Shown: piece by piece, positions 1 through 12,500 of the stretch
How positions within the stretch are numbered: position 1 is the stretch's first letter
Layout of the letters: every line of letters begins with the position of its first letter
Source: Laetmonice hystrix
Lineage: Eukaryota
DNA length: 64,000 bases
NCBI GenBank assembly: GCA_965235115.1
Contig: OZ249436.1
Coordinates: forward strand, 48,610,001 to 48,674,000
Reading direction: 5' to 3'
Program-made: the position numbers and the translations under genes
The notes under the pieces: generated by a model
Database searches by the model: none
The model's input: only the letters and a program-made list of their open reading frames with translations
Told to the model about the DNA's origin: nothing

Positions 1-130
1 GAAAGATTAGTTTATCCTGGCTACACTGGCCGTTTTAGCCGCAAATATTATGGACTGTCTACCGCCCCCTCCCCCTGCGCGGCCCACGCAGCACCCCGGC
101 AGGATGGCCGATGCGATGGGGCCAGCCCGG

Positions 131-483
131 CCGGTGTCGCGGTCTGCTTTCTCCGCGGTCTGAAATCTCCGGGAGGTGGGCTGCAGAGTCGTGTGTATTT
201 GTATCGTTCTCGGTAACCTATCCGAAATATCGAGTCAGGATGGAGTCTCATGTAATAACCCTTTTCTCCTCCGTCAGTTTTGGTCCACAATTGGCCTATC
301 CAGGCTGTCGTTTATTACTGTTTGGAAGAAAACTCTACCGCCCATCAGCTAGCAGACGACCGGAGGTGTGAGCCTAAACTGCGGCACGCGCGTGCTCACC
401 CCCGTCTGGGTCGGCCTCTAAACAATAGGAAACCATGCACCCGGAGATTACAGACCGGCGGAGAAAACAGACCGCGACACCGG
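131..483. mobile_element. Foldback/MITE-like inverted repeat in the kinase intron
   Basis: 131-172 (ccggtgtcgcggtctgctttctccgcggtctgaaatctccgg) is a near-perfect reverse complement of 441-483. Confidence 0.6.
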
Positions 484-973
484 GCTGCTGCCACTGCCGT
501 GTAACGTCCGACCCACGCCACACCGCCCGGGTTCCCAGTGCCTCACCTGCCATCACCATGCACCCGCCCCGTGAAAGACTTAGCATAAATACTGCAAAAC
601 TGAATGTGTCGCGGCTGCTAAGAACGACCGAGACTGCATATCTTCGGAAATTATCCATCTTTCCCGATGAACAATGCCGCGTGGCCGAATACCGACGATC
701 TATGAACTACTTTACGCCGTTGCGCACTACGCGAGTTGTGATGTGTCCAAACCCGTGGAATCACTGTCATATCTCTACCGCTTACGAGGTCCGAAACCAC
801 AACCGGAAGTTGGGCCGAGGTTTTCCAAATGTGCTATACCGATGGGCTGCGACAGGTCGTGGGAACGGGGCGTTCAATTCCCAGAATCTCGTCCGTGACA
901 TAATATGTTATAGGCCTAATCAAAATATCTTTTCTCCAAGGTCGGAGTGACGATGGTGTCCTTGTCGTTTCAG

Positions 974-1447
974 TGGTCATTCGGTGTCGTGTTGTGGGAA
1001 CTGCTCACCAGGGGAATGACACCCTATTACAACATGGCAAGTAAAGAGGCCATCGATTACGTCAAAGCGGGGAAACGGCTCGAAACTCCGGCAGGCTGCC
1101 CGTCTAAAATGTAAGCACTACGCAGGATGAAGCGAAAGTTTTGTCAAAAGTTATTTAAAATAGCCTACGTATTTTTATTCCCCTAATTGTGATGAAACAT
1201 TATCATCGCATTGAAATATTTAAAAAAAAGTAGCAGAATAACCCACGTTTGAAATTCACTATAGCACTAGTGATGCTTGAATTTTCCACTACGATGAGGG
1301 TCATCTTTAAAAGGGCTTTTCCTTTTCGTTTTCTTTTTCAGAAGCAACCTCATGTTAAGGTGCTGGGACATTGAGCCAAACAAACGGCCGGGATTCAATC
1401 AGTCTGTCATAATACTAAAGAACCTCCTTACTCCAAGCCAAAGTTAA
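974..1447 (+). CDS. 3' end (last two coding exons) of a receptor-type tyrosine kinase, MET/RON-like C-lobe; upstream exons not found in window
   Basis: Exons 974-1110 (ttcag|...|gtaag, 137 nt) and 1342-1447 splice in frame to WSFGVVLWELLTRGMTPYYNMASKEAIDYVKAGKRLETPAGCPSKISNLMLRCWDIEPNKRPGFNQSVIILKNLLTPSQS*, i.e. tyrosine kinase subdomains IX-XI. AATAAA at 2075-2080. Family not resolvable from this fragment. Confidence 0.88.
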
Positions 1448-1533
1448 ATTACGGAGACACTCATGTTTACTTTGGAAATAAGGCTTGAGTTGACCGTTAA
1501 TTAACCTGAGCACTGCGTTTATTAACGCCTCCT

Positions 1534-1650
1534 AGCGGGGAACACACCTGACGCAATACCACGTGATTATGACAAACTCCTAATGGTTTTCAGCGAGTGT
1601 GAACACACCTGAAGCTGGACGTCGCTGGAGCTTCAGGTGTGTTCCCCGCT
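1534..1650. mobile_element. Small MITE-like inverted repeat in the kinase 3' region
   Basis: agcggggaacacacctga (1534-1551) versus tcaggtgtgttccccgct (1633-1650), plus an internal copy of aacacacctgaag. Confidence 0.55.
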
Positions 1651-1740
1651 TTACTACACCTCAAGTTTTAGGATGGCAGATCGATCTCTGTGACTTCATT
1701 TGACGTGAACGCCGTCTGCGCGCGCTGGTCAGTCGGGCGA

Positions 1741-1814
1741 CGATTGGACTACGACGTCGACGATTGGACTACGACGTCGGCGATTGGACTACGACGTCGG
1801 CGATTGGACTACGA
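1741..1814. repeat. 20-bp tandem repeat, about 3.7 copies
   Basis: Unit cgattggactacgacgtcg(a/g). Confidence 0.9.
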
Positions 1815-2618
1815 ACCAGATGATGGAGGGCTCAATGAAACCCAGGACTTTTTCCTGCGAAACTTGGTGGTTACTTCCAACTGATTCACACATGGAGAGA
1901 ATGAGAACTGACATACCCGTGCATCCTGGCTACATTATGCAGGTCGTATAGCCGTCCAAAGGAAGTATTTCTGTCTCGGAAAGCCAACATAATCCTTGGA
2001 AAGCCCCAGCATTATCTGTCCGTATAATATTTACATGTACAATCATACTGTATTCTGTATGATTATCATGTTCGAATAAACCTTCCACCGTTAATGGGGC
2101 TTTTTTAACCCAGCTATAGGCCTAGTTGCTGATTTTAATTATGCGGAAACGAATTTTTACACACATTTACAACAATTACTTAGAACAGTTATCCTATTTC
2201 GACACAATGGGGATCTAGGGGGCCCGGGCCCCCCTTTAGATTTCCCTTTTCTTCTTTTTTACAGTCAAAATCCAAAAAAAGGTGATTTTGATATTAAGGT
2301 GGGCCTTTGATAAGGTGGCCCCCATTATCAAAATCCTGGTGGCCTCCACTTATCAAAATCCTGGTGGCCTCCACTTATCAAAATCCTGGATCCCCATAAT
2401 ATATTAGCGAAACTAAAGTCTGAAATGATTACATTTGCAAGTTCTTTCACTTATTAAAATATTTATTAGTCATCTTTATAGAAGATTACTCGGTCGTCTA
2501 GTTAATCCGTGACAAATATAGTACGGGGTCCAGTGATACTGCTATCACAAAACTGTTACTATAAACTTTATATAATGCTTTAGCAAATACAATGAGTCAG
2601 ATTAAGTCCAGTATAATG

Positions 2619-2842
2619 TACATGAAATATAGAGCAGTGTATTTAATTGATTAAAGTATTTGCAAATATTAGTAATAATGTTCGTTGGGTTGCATGAGAA
2701 TTGATCTGAATGAATTGATTGGTATCTTACGGCTTCAGACCCCACATATACATGAAATATACAGCAGTGTATTTAATTGATTAAAGTATTTAGAAATATT
2801 AGTAATAATGTTCGTTTGGTTGCATGAGAATTGATCTGAATA
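2619..2842. repeat. Direct duplication of about 93 bp
   Basis: tacatgaaatat...gagaattgatctgaat occurs at about 2619-2711 and about 2749-2842. Confidence 0.85.
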
Positions 2843-3510
2843 AGACCCCACCATTATACGTACAGTGGCTCCACATAGTAACAAACGAGAAAACGAAATC
2901 TGAGGGCATTTCCTTTTTTGTATAAGTATAGATGTAACAGTCCCATAGTACTATACATAAAGACCGCAACTGGTTTGTACATAATATTATTTTATTAATC
3001 ATCTCAATATTAATATAACATAACGCATTCTTATATGTACAATGATGTGTGGCAGTCAATGTAAGAATGTCAACGTTATTCCTATCGATGGACAGTCAAA
3101 AATGATGAATAAATATGTAATAAATAATTTTTGTTTCGTTATTTACAGTTTGTACAACAGTATTAAACAATCTTGCTATTTATTATAGCAAAACAAATTT
3201 CATTTTTTTATATGGAAAATTACGTCAAATATTTTAAAACTACACCATTATGCATAAATAATAAAAATAAGCAAAACTTTCTGTTCATGGTGTAAAGTGC
3301 CATGACAATAATGATAATACATTTTAACCAGATTGGAGTTCCTATAGGTTTTACCCAGACACTCAAAATACCGTGACTAGCGTTTAGTATAGAAACCACG
3401 CACATTTTTCTCCCTGACTTTCTCCTGCAGCCAGAAAAAAATAAGAAAAAATTAATTAACCCGTACATTTCCCATCCCCTTTTTCCTTGCTATCCGACAT
3501 CCGCCTGGCC

Positions 3511-6500
3511 CTATGTTGCTCCGATGTCGACCACCCCTCTTGTCAGGGTGTTCTCCAGGGTTGCCTTTGTGGACGTGTTAGAGTTGATGCGAAGTTTGTT
3601 AGAGTTCAGGGTTGGTTTCTGACGACCTAACAGCGTTTTGATTGGCTGAAGTTTGAAACTGTTCCCGATCGCCGACGGACGCTGGTTGACTCGGGTCCGG
3701 CGTCTCTCCACAGCGTCCGCCATCACGTCTGTGATTTGACTGACGTTCAGAAGGGTGTTGAACTCGGTTAGTTGGCTTAACCTGTCAAACGCCTTATGTG
3801 GATAGTTAAAGTTGAACGTCGAGAAGGTGCGCAGCGGGTCATCAAAGATGGAGAAATCGGCAAAGTCAAATTCTTCATTCGTTTTCCTCGGGACTCCTAG
3901 AAGGAGAAGTCATTAATTAAGATGTCATTAATTCGTCCTTGCGTGCTGCGAAGCTTTAAATGGATCATCTATAACGTGATCAAGACGTGCATTTAACACA
4001 CACGAGCATCTTTTTTTACTGTTATACATATATCATTTCAAGAAGTAATAGTGAAAAGCCGTTACTAGTTGAACAGTGGAAAGACGTCTGAACTGACGTA
4101 TAGGCCCAGCTGATGTATAGACCAATTGTTTCCTCCGAATTTCCAAGGCCACTCGCCCAAAGTAAATAGTCATACATATATGGATCTGGAGCACTAAGGG
4201 CTGACGCATCAGGATAACAACACATCATTACAATCAGCACTTAACCAGAGGCACGCTTACATTCCGGCACGGGAGCCTGGGTAAGCCGCAGGGGACCAGG
4301 CACCACCTGCCGAACTAGGCCTATTTCTTTCGAGAAGCTATATGGCGAATGTCCCCGTGACACTAGCCGAACGTGGTTAATCGAAAGACAAACACCCAGC
4401 TTAAGTTTAACTAAAGAAATATCACTGCTTGATGCCGCTCTTCGATAGGCCTAGGCCTACTTTATGTCACTGGTGTAGTAAGCTAACGAGTAAGGTGGCG
4501 CGCATGTTCCTATTTGGGCCGTGAGTGATATGTTATCTGTGAGAGTGCTTTCCTCGAAGAAACGAAGATTGCCGAACATTGCCGAAAGGACTCGAGTGTG
4601 AGAATGAACCAGAGGGGCAGAATGGTCCTGCTCACCGGGTTCCTTGTGTGTCCGGAAGGTGGCGTTGATGAGCACGAAGTGAAGGACGACGGGACAGTGG
4701 GGGTCGGTGGGATGGCGGAAGACGTAGAGTTCCCGGGGGGCCGAGGGGTCCCACACTTCCTTGTTGATCGGGGGGAACATTACTCCGTTCAGCTTGGCCC
4801 ACTTTTCTGCTAGCAACAGCTCCTGGAAGGTGTATGCAAAATGTGCAATGAATGGCGGAGACATGTGACGCAAGGAAATGGTGAATGGGAACAAAACAGA
4901 ACGTGATGTTAGTCCTCGGTCCTGCAGACGACGACGGTCAGCCCGGCCCTGACGGGGAGAACAGGGCCCAGTTTTCCAAAAAGTACAGGGGCCCGTCTCA
5001 CTAAAGGCTAGTTAATAACCAGATCGTTAAGTTAACATAGGAGTGAATGGAAGGCTGCTAATTACAGTAACCAGCAGCCTTCCATTCACTCCTATGTTAA
5101 CTTAACGATCTGGTTATTAACCAGCCTTTAGTGAGACGGGCCCCAGATTGCTTAAAGCGACAGTCTCGTCCTTCAGCATTGTGCGATAGGCGTCCCTCCT
5201 AACGGTCGATGTGCTATTTATAGATGTCAGAGCTTATGCTGTAGCATAGGAACTGACGTCTATAAAATAGTACATCGACCGTTAGGAGGGACGCCCATCG
5301 CACAATGCTGAAGGACGAGACCGTCGCTTTAAGTAAACTAACAGGCTTCTGATTGGCTGACCTAGGCAGACCAACCAATCAGAAACCTGTTAGTTTACTT
5401 AAGTAAGCTTTACTCAAGTTTTGAAAAACTGGGCCCTGGTATTACAGTCTGCCCATTGCATGAAGCGACCAGCAGAGACCACTATGGGCGTAATTGGGCC
5501 GGAGAACCTGGTTCTTTGAAGGAGCAGCACAGCATGTCATCCGGTTTTATAGCCTAGGCCTTTATATTAAGGAACACTGGTACAAGACTGTGCTGTCCCT
5601 GATTGATCACGTGGCTCACCTTGAAGGGCTGAGTGAGGTCAGTGGGACGCGCCGAGAAGTCAAAGGACAGAATGATGTCAAGGTCACGTTGAGCTCTCAG
5701 GAGGAGAGGGTAGGGAGAGTTGAAGGTCAACCCCGCGTCTACCATGCAGAGACGCTTCTCGGATGTCGGGTGTAGAGCAAAAATGTCGTTAAACTCGTCT
5801 GAAAAAAAAATCTTCACGTTAGAGAGGTCTACTGGCCAAGAGGAAACATATCAGCTGTTGATGGTATCTTGTTGTAAATAACGTTTACTGAAGAATTGAG
5901 TTTGACAGCTAGCATATCTGCATCTTTGCATCACCACTCTCCACTCATTAGACCATGATAGTTAAAGATATATTGCGTGTATATTGCGACTGCTGATATG
6001 GAATTAATGGTATTATTGTGAAATATAACTAGAAATCAAAATAAAAAAGCTCATGTGATTGGCTACCTTTGGTAGAGATGGGGGCCATGTGGCCGGGTGT
6101 AAAGGGGGAGAAGGGGTAAGTTCGCTGGAGGGAGAGTCCCCTCAGGGGGTTGTGAATGACTCCTGCTCGACCGGTCCGCGTGCTCAGCAAACTCAGGCTC
6201 GAGCTGCCAATGGAACACCCACAACATTAATTTAGCAGGGTAGGCCTAATACACAGAACGTCATCTAAATGGGGATAACGGCTGTCTGGCGCAACTGTCG
6301 TTAGACAATGCCAATGTTTGCGGCGAGTATACAAAGGAGTCTATCTGTGGGACTGAGCTTTCTGAGGTATCATTGCAGGTTGGTCTTCTAACCTGGTATA
6401 GTAAGAGGGCCCAGCCCGACTCGGGACTGAACCCAAATGGTCCTAATGACTGCATTCCCCGAGGGTAATTTCGGTGTACACCAAAGTTTTAAGCATTGTA

Positions 6501-9500
6501 GAGGGGGCGTGTTTTAACCCAAATGTTTTGCATGTAACTAGAATGCCTTACAAAAGATACAAAAGCTGTTCAAAAGTGCGATTCCTCCAATTGTGTCCCT
6601 TTAAGCGGGACTTCAATGTACCCATTATGAGCTCTGGGCAGTGCGGGCAATGAGGTCACCTTGAAGCTATTCTACCATTCGACATTTCTTTATGCATAGA
6701 TCATGCAGATCCTTCCTTTTCTTGACAGAACTTTAATCCGGTGAGTAGGCGTAAGCGAGAACTGAGACATAAGAATAGCGAGACCTATACCTGGTAAATA
6801 ACGTTTCCAGGACGTTACCCCAGAAACCATTGCCGCCATTGGACGGCTGTGGGAGGTATTCGTGGGAGCTACTGGAGTCGGTCCTCCTCCGTTTGAACGG
6901 TACGTCCTCCACGGAGGCGCGCCGTTTACGTCTCGAGGGGGCACCAGCGTCGCGTTGGTTGCTATCACAGTGACCTCTGGCGGGTATCCCCGAGCTCTCG
7001 CCCTCACATCCGTCCAACTCTCGCTCTGCCAGAGATTAAAACAGGATTCTCAGTTTGACGGCAGGCACGTAGGCCTAGCAGATATCGAGTGACTGAGTGG
7101 TCGAATGAGTGAGCATGCAGAGGTGTAGGATTATCTTCAGTTGTGGGCGGGGGCCCCCGGGGGGCAGTGGCGTACCCAGAAACTGGATCCAGGGGGTGCT
7201 AGAAATAACGTCGTAGTCTAATTTTTACGGCTTTTACGAGGCAACAAGCGCACACAAAATAAATTGGACAAATTGAGGGGGTGCTTGAGCACCCCCCCCC
7301 CCCCCGGGTACGCCACTGGGCGGGGGGGGGGGGGGGTATCAGTCAGTCAGGATATCAAGAAATGGTGATGTGATCAAAACAGAACAGACTATAGGATAGG
7401 AATATGCTGACATTAGCCTACTTTAAGTGCTATATGTTCGGAAAAAGTAGGCCCCCTATGAAAGATTACCCACTATAGCTAGTCCCCATTATTAATCGGC
7501 CAAGAGCTCATTGGGGCATACTCTGACCCCTACTGTCTTTTATTGGGGGTCATGCCTCCGCCCCCTTTTGTTACGTCATTGGTGGATGAGTAGACCTACT
7601 TATAAGTAGGGGGCATGTGTATAATGTGTCGAGAGGTCGGTCTACATCCATCCATACCTTCTACACCGATAGTATATAGTATACGTAGCTTAGATGTATG
7701 CATATTGATGAAAGGGAAGTTGACCTACCAAGTTCTTTTCGTATGCAATCAATGTTTTCCGGCCGATTCTTCTTTTCCACAAGTCTTCGGAACAGGATGC
7801 AAAACGCACTTCCCCATATTCCTATATGTGGAAACGGTGAGAGACATGTCAGCTAAAGTAAGTTAAATATAGGCCTATATAAAATGCAATAAGACACATT
7901 TTGAAGTGTGAATTATGATCTTTCATGTTAGCATCTACACAATGCCAGTACTACGATGGCCGAAAAGTACAAACGCTGTTGAATTTCTATTCTACGCTGC
8001 ACATTTCGTTGCTACGCTGCGTAGCAACGAAATGTGCAGCGTAAGGAAGGAATCCGCTAACGTAGTACCTAAATTTACTCTTTACGGCCACCGTACAATA
8101 AGTTTGCATGCATGCCGGCGTTGACGTACCGTCTCACTGTTATAGGTAGGACAAGCATGGACCTACTATTGTTATGACTAACCCACAAACAACCTTGAAC
8201 TGCTGTCGTGCTAGCCGTACCTTGCAGGTAGTGGAGGGGGTATTCCTTGAACTGCTTACACAATTTGCCGAGGAAAAACTTGCTGCCGAAGAGGTGCGAC
8301 TTCATGAAGATCCCGTACTTAGGAATGCCGATCTCATAAGGAGAAAACTCGACCCATTCTACAAAATACGGATGAAACAATGAAAAGATCTCCTTAACGG
8401 TGCTGTAGTCTAAACAAAATATTAGCCAGAGCAAGAAAAGAAGGATCTTATTAATATCTCAGAAGAAATAGATTAATGAACTCAATTCAAATCGACATAG
8501 AAAAGTTACATTTCTAGGGGTTAGGCCATGAACCTATAGGCCTATTAGAAAAACATAAGCGTTTTTTTTTATCTTACCGTGGAACACCCTTGCCGAGACG
8601 TCTTTCTTGACGTGAACACACGTGTAGAGTGGCATGGGTACTTTGCCTTGACTGAGCACAGCTTGCTGGTCCGTCAGCTTGGCCGTCTGGCGCTAGAAAC
8701 CGTGCATTATCACATCATAATACGTTAATCAGGATTCGAATCCTACCTGGACCGTTTAGTTAGCTTCTTACGCCTTTAACAAGTCAATCATTGACTAAGT
8801 TTACTGTTTGAAAAAGGAAACCTTATTTCTCGTCACGTTTTTGCCAACGTGTTGGTCGGATGCCATTTGTTATACGTCATCGCACGCGTTTCAAAAACGT
8901 GTATGATAATGTCATCATATATTATTTTAATTCGCGTGTTCCAAAACGTGTTTGGCTGATCGCCAAAGGGAAGAGTGACTAGTTGGTGGCTTTAAGATGG
9001 ATGAGTAGACACCAGTTACATATAGTGTGTCAGTTGCAAAACATTTTTGGGGTCAGCCCCCCTCTTAGAATCAATTTTTCTCTTTTTCCCATAGAGCCCC
9101 TTTTTGCCCCCCCCCCCCGTTTCCCCCATCCCGTGCTGAGTTGCGTATACCGAGCTGTACGTACGCCTTTGAGGATGAGCTGCCCGATGAGATGGCCGAA
9201 GAGGTCGGTGAAGCTGACAGGCAGCCCCTCTGCCCTCTTGGCTAGGATCGTGTCTATGTAACGGTAGAGTGACGACGGGTGAAGCAGCCACAGTAGGCTC
9301 GAGTTGATGTTGCGCCGGATTTCCTGGTTGACGGAGGCCGGGGACCGGCGCGGCCAGTCGGGGTGAGAGTACAGCTGAGACAAGTACCTGATTCAAAGAC
9401 AGCAAAAACAACTTGTAGGCCTATCAGCACGGAATGCTCAAACCAGGGGATGTATTACATAGACCTTTAACAATGCAGGGGTACTTTGTTAGGGGACGGG

Positions 9501-12500
9501 AACCGGTATATGTTATAAGCGGCATGATCGTATTTTGGGGCCTGAGCTCCCTTGGTGTTCAACATGTTGTATTTAGGGGAAGCGAGGAGGTGACCTCCCA
9601 GCAAAACACTTTTATGCCTAGAGCCAACGCCCGATTTTATCATTCATTAATATTAAGCAACTTTTTAGATGTTATACATTCAGTTTCACATACGTATATA
9701 ATGCATTCATTTTTTATACGTTTATCACATGGCTGGACAATCATGACACACATGAAAAGTGCGGTGATAACCTTGACAAGGTCGCCATGACCTTGGCTAC
9801 TTACCAAGATGACCCGGAGAGAGCAGCCGTATAGGTGCAGCAGTCCAAAAGGCCACTGTCGTGAAGAGCTTTGAAGACCCCAGCGAAGCCGACCATGGCG
9901 CGGAACCCCCCACCTGATCCCAGCACCCCGACAGTTGGCACCTGTCGGGTGGACCACAGACTCGTACAGACAACCGCTATACATGTGCTAAGTAGCAGGA
10001 GGAAGTTGAAAGTTCTCTGAAATGCACACTCGATCGCCGGACGGATGGTGGTCTCTGAATAATTATATTTTATTTCGGCGAAGGAGAAATCTGCCAAAAG
10101 GGGGGAGGGGGCACATGGTAAAACCGAAAACGTCTCTGAGAAAAAAAACACTATATCTTCAGCGGGGAAATCAAATCTGGCGGGCAAGCTGAGAGTTCGC
10201 AAGAAACGTTGTATATCAATGAAAGCATACCTCCCCCGGGGTCCGGGGTGCTCGGCCTCCAAGCAACTTTTCCATTGCCTTCATCGTTCTGGTTCGGCGC
10301 ATCTTACGGAAGCGCTTCTCTTCGTCTGATAGACAGAGGCTGTAGCGTAGTGTCGGGTTGGTACTGAAACGGGAAGCGAAACCTGCTGACTTGGAACACT
10401 TTCAACTAGTTCTGCTACTATCAGATTCTATAGGCTATGCACTATTCTATGAGGGGTACAAAATGCTTACTGAAGGAGTTTAGTGTGGAAGTTACGAGGT
10501 GAACTGATCCAGTTTTTTCAGGTGCATGTGTGTGCTCCATAACATTGGTTGTATTACTCTAAGTACATGTGTCTTCCATTTAAAAATCAGGCAAATCGTG
10601 CAAAAGAAATGATGACATGCTGAAGCCTGTTTAAAAGTAGGGCCTATCTGAAAACTGTAGGGCGATCGAACCCCTATATCCCTCTTGGATCCGTTACTTT
10701 ACGTTCGGGATTGCATATTAAGCTGGCTTAGCAAAGTTGTCATGGATACGAGGGAAATGTATTTCCGGTAACAAAGTAAAGAATTGTGTCGCTTAGTTAC
10801 CCCTTTCTATCCCTAATCTTATCGAGTTTGATTTTAATAATTGGAAGCACGATTTATATTAAATGTATACAATGGCCTAACACCATTTATATGTATACAA
10901 TTGTAGGTCTATTCTGGCATATCGGCAAAGCATACAGAACGTCTTTAAAAGGAAATGAGCTTACTCAAATTCTATTTTAAGTTCCAAGTCGACTTCCGAG
11001 GTCTGAAATTAAAAAGGAAATATGACTCGTTATTAGTCACCGAGGCTGAATGACCTTTGACCTTGTGCTCGCCGGTTTGACGGGGACGCTGGCGTCAGAA
11101 GCCCGCATCCTCTGACTGACCTGTGTGTGGGCCGGACTATACCTCAGGGCAGGTAACCTGTATACACTCATCATCTGCTCTCTCAGAATGACTAACAAAC
11201 GCGTATGACTGTAAATACTACGCCACTCCAGGTGTGTGTACAGACCCGTACCCAAGATCTTCAAATGGGTGTGTCGTTTGGGGGCAAAAGTGGACCTTGT
11301 CGAAAAAGTAGAGCTAATATTATTGTCGAAAAAAGTGGACTTTTTGGGAGAAAGTAGATTACACAAGTTACAGCCAGGGGTTTCAATAAAGGATGTTATG
11401 CTCTTCACTAAAACCTGACCAGAAAATTTTCTGCATACTTATTTTTGTGCTAAAAGTGATCTTCTGTCCAATTGCCTAATCTTTATTTGGTTGCACATAG
11501 ATCTTTCTACATATCTGTTCTCAAAATAATATATGTATAATACGGTTCTGGTGTAAGACCTACATGTAGGCCAGGCCTACTTTCGACAGTACTTTCTTAG
11601 AATCCAAGCTTTACATAAAACGACACTCCGCTGAAGAGTCACAAAAAGGTACCGTTTTCAAAGTGAGACCTGCCTCTATTACTAAACAGATCCTCAGTGG
11701 CTTGTTTACTTCCGTAACGTCCTTTTGTATTCTACACAATCATGACCTATCGTAGATCTTTGCATCATAACAAGATGGAAAAACAAGCTATACTCACACT
11801 GTTAAAGTGCAGTGTACGTGTTTCCATGTGGTCCATTACCAGTTCGTTACAGTGGATGCATATCTTCCCAAGCTGGTCGTCATGCATGTAGTTTTTATCC
11901 ATCAACATGACTTCTGAAAATAATAATTATTGACCTTAATCTATGATAGGTCTATGTCGTAAGCTAAGAATTCAACATACTAAATTTTCTATAGCATGTC
12001 AGCAGTCGTCGCCCCATTCTTCGCCTCTTATGAACGGCCAGGGCCGGGTGTGGCTGAAGAGATCGATTATAGGTCCACACGGGAGGAGGAGAAGGAGGAA
12101 GAGGAGGAGGAGAAGAAGGAGGAGGACAAGGATGAGGAGGAAGAGCGGGGGTCTAACGATCTAAAGTTATAGGAGTCCACGACATTCTTTACTTACTGGA
12201 TGGGCCTATATTCAAGGTTCGTGGCTAAAGGCCTATAGCCCCTCCCCCGACCTACTGTTGCGGGGGTTAGCCCTCCTCCCGACCTATAGATGTCTACTGT
12301 TGCGGGGGTTATAAACGACTAACGTGGTTTTTAATGATATGATTTAATCAAGATTGACCACTCTTACCAAGAATGTTTTCCTGCTGGTAGTCCAAGAAAT
12401 ATGTGAACGTCTGCCTCCATTGTGGGTTTACGTCATTGTCAAGGTGACGGGTCGCGCGGTGGCTGTCGGGAGAGTGGCGCATGTACAACGCGACGTACGG

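Larger units (their letters stand above)
4964..5436. mobile_element. Harbinger-like foldback MITE interrupted by two younger MITEs
   Basis: TIR gggcccagtttt / aaaactgggccc with cag/ctg flanks. Removing the two inserts restores a near-palindrome (ttaagtaaactaacagg...cctgttagtttacttaa). Confidence 0.75.

Noticed and set aside
435..950. 171-aa ORF whose end (LYRWAATG...FNSQNLV) loosely resembles a kinase activation segment
   Set aside because: No DFG, APE or SDV motif, no good donor, and it overlaps an inverted-repeat element; probably intronic coincidence.
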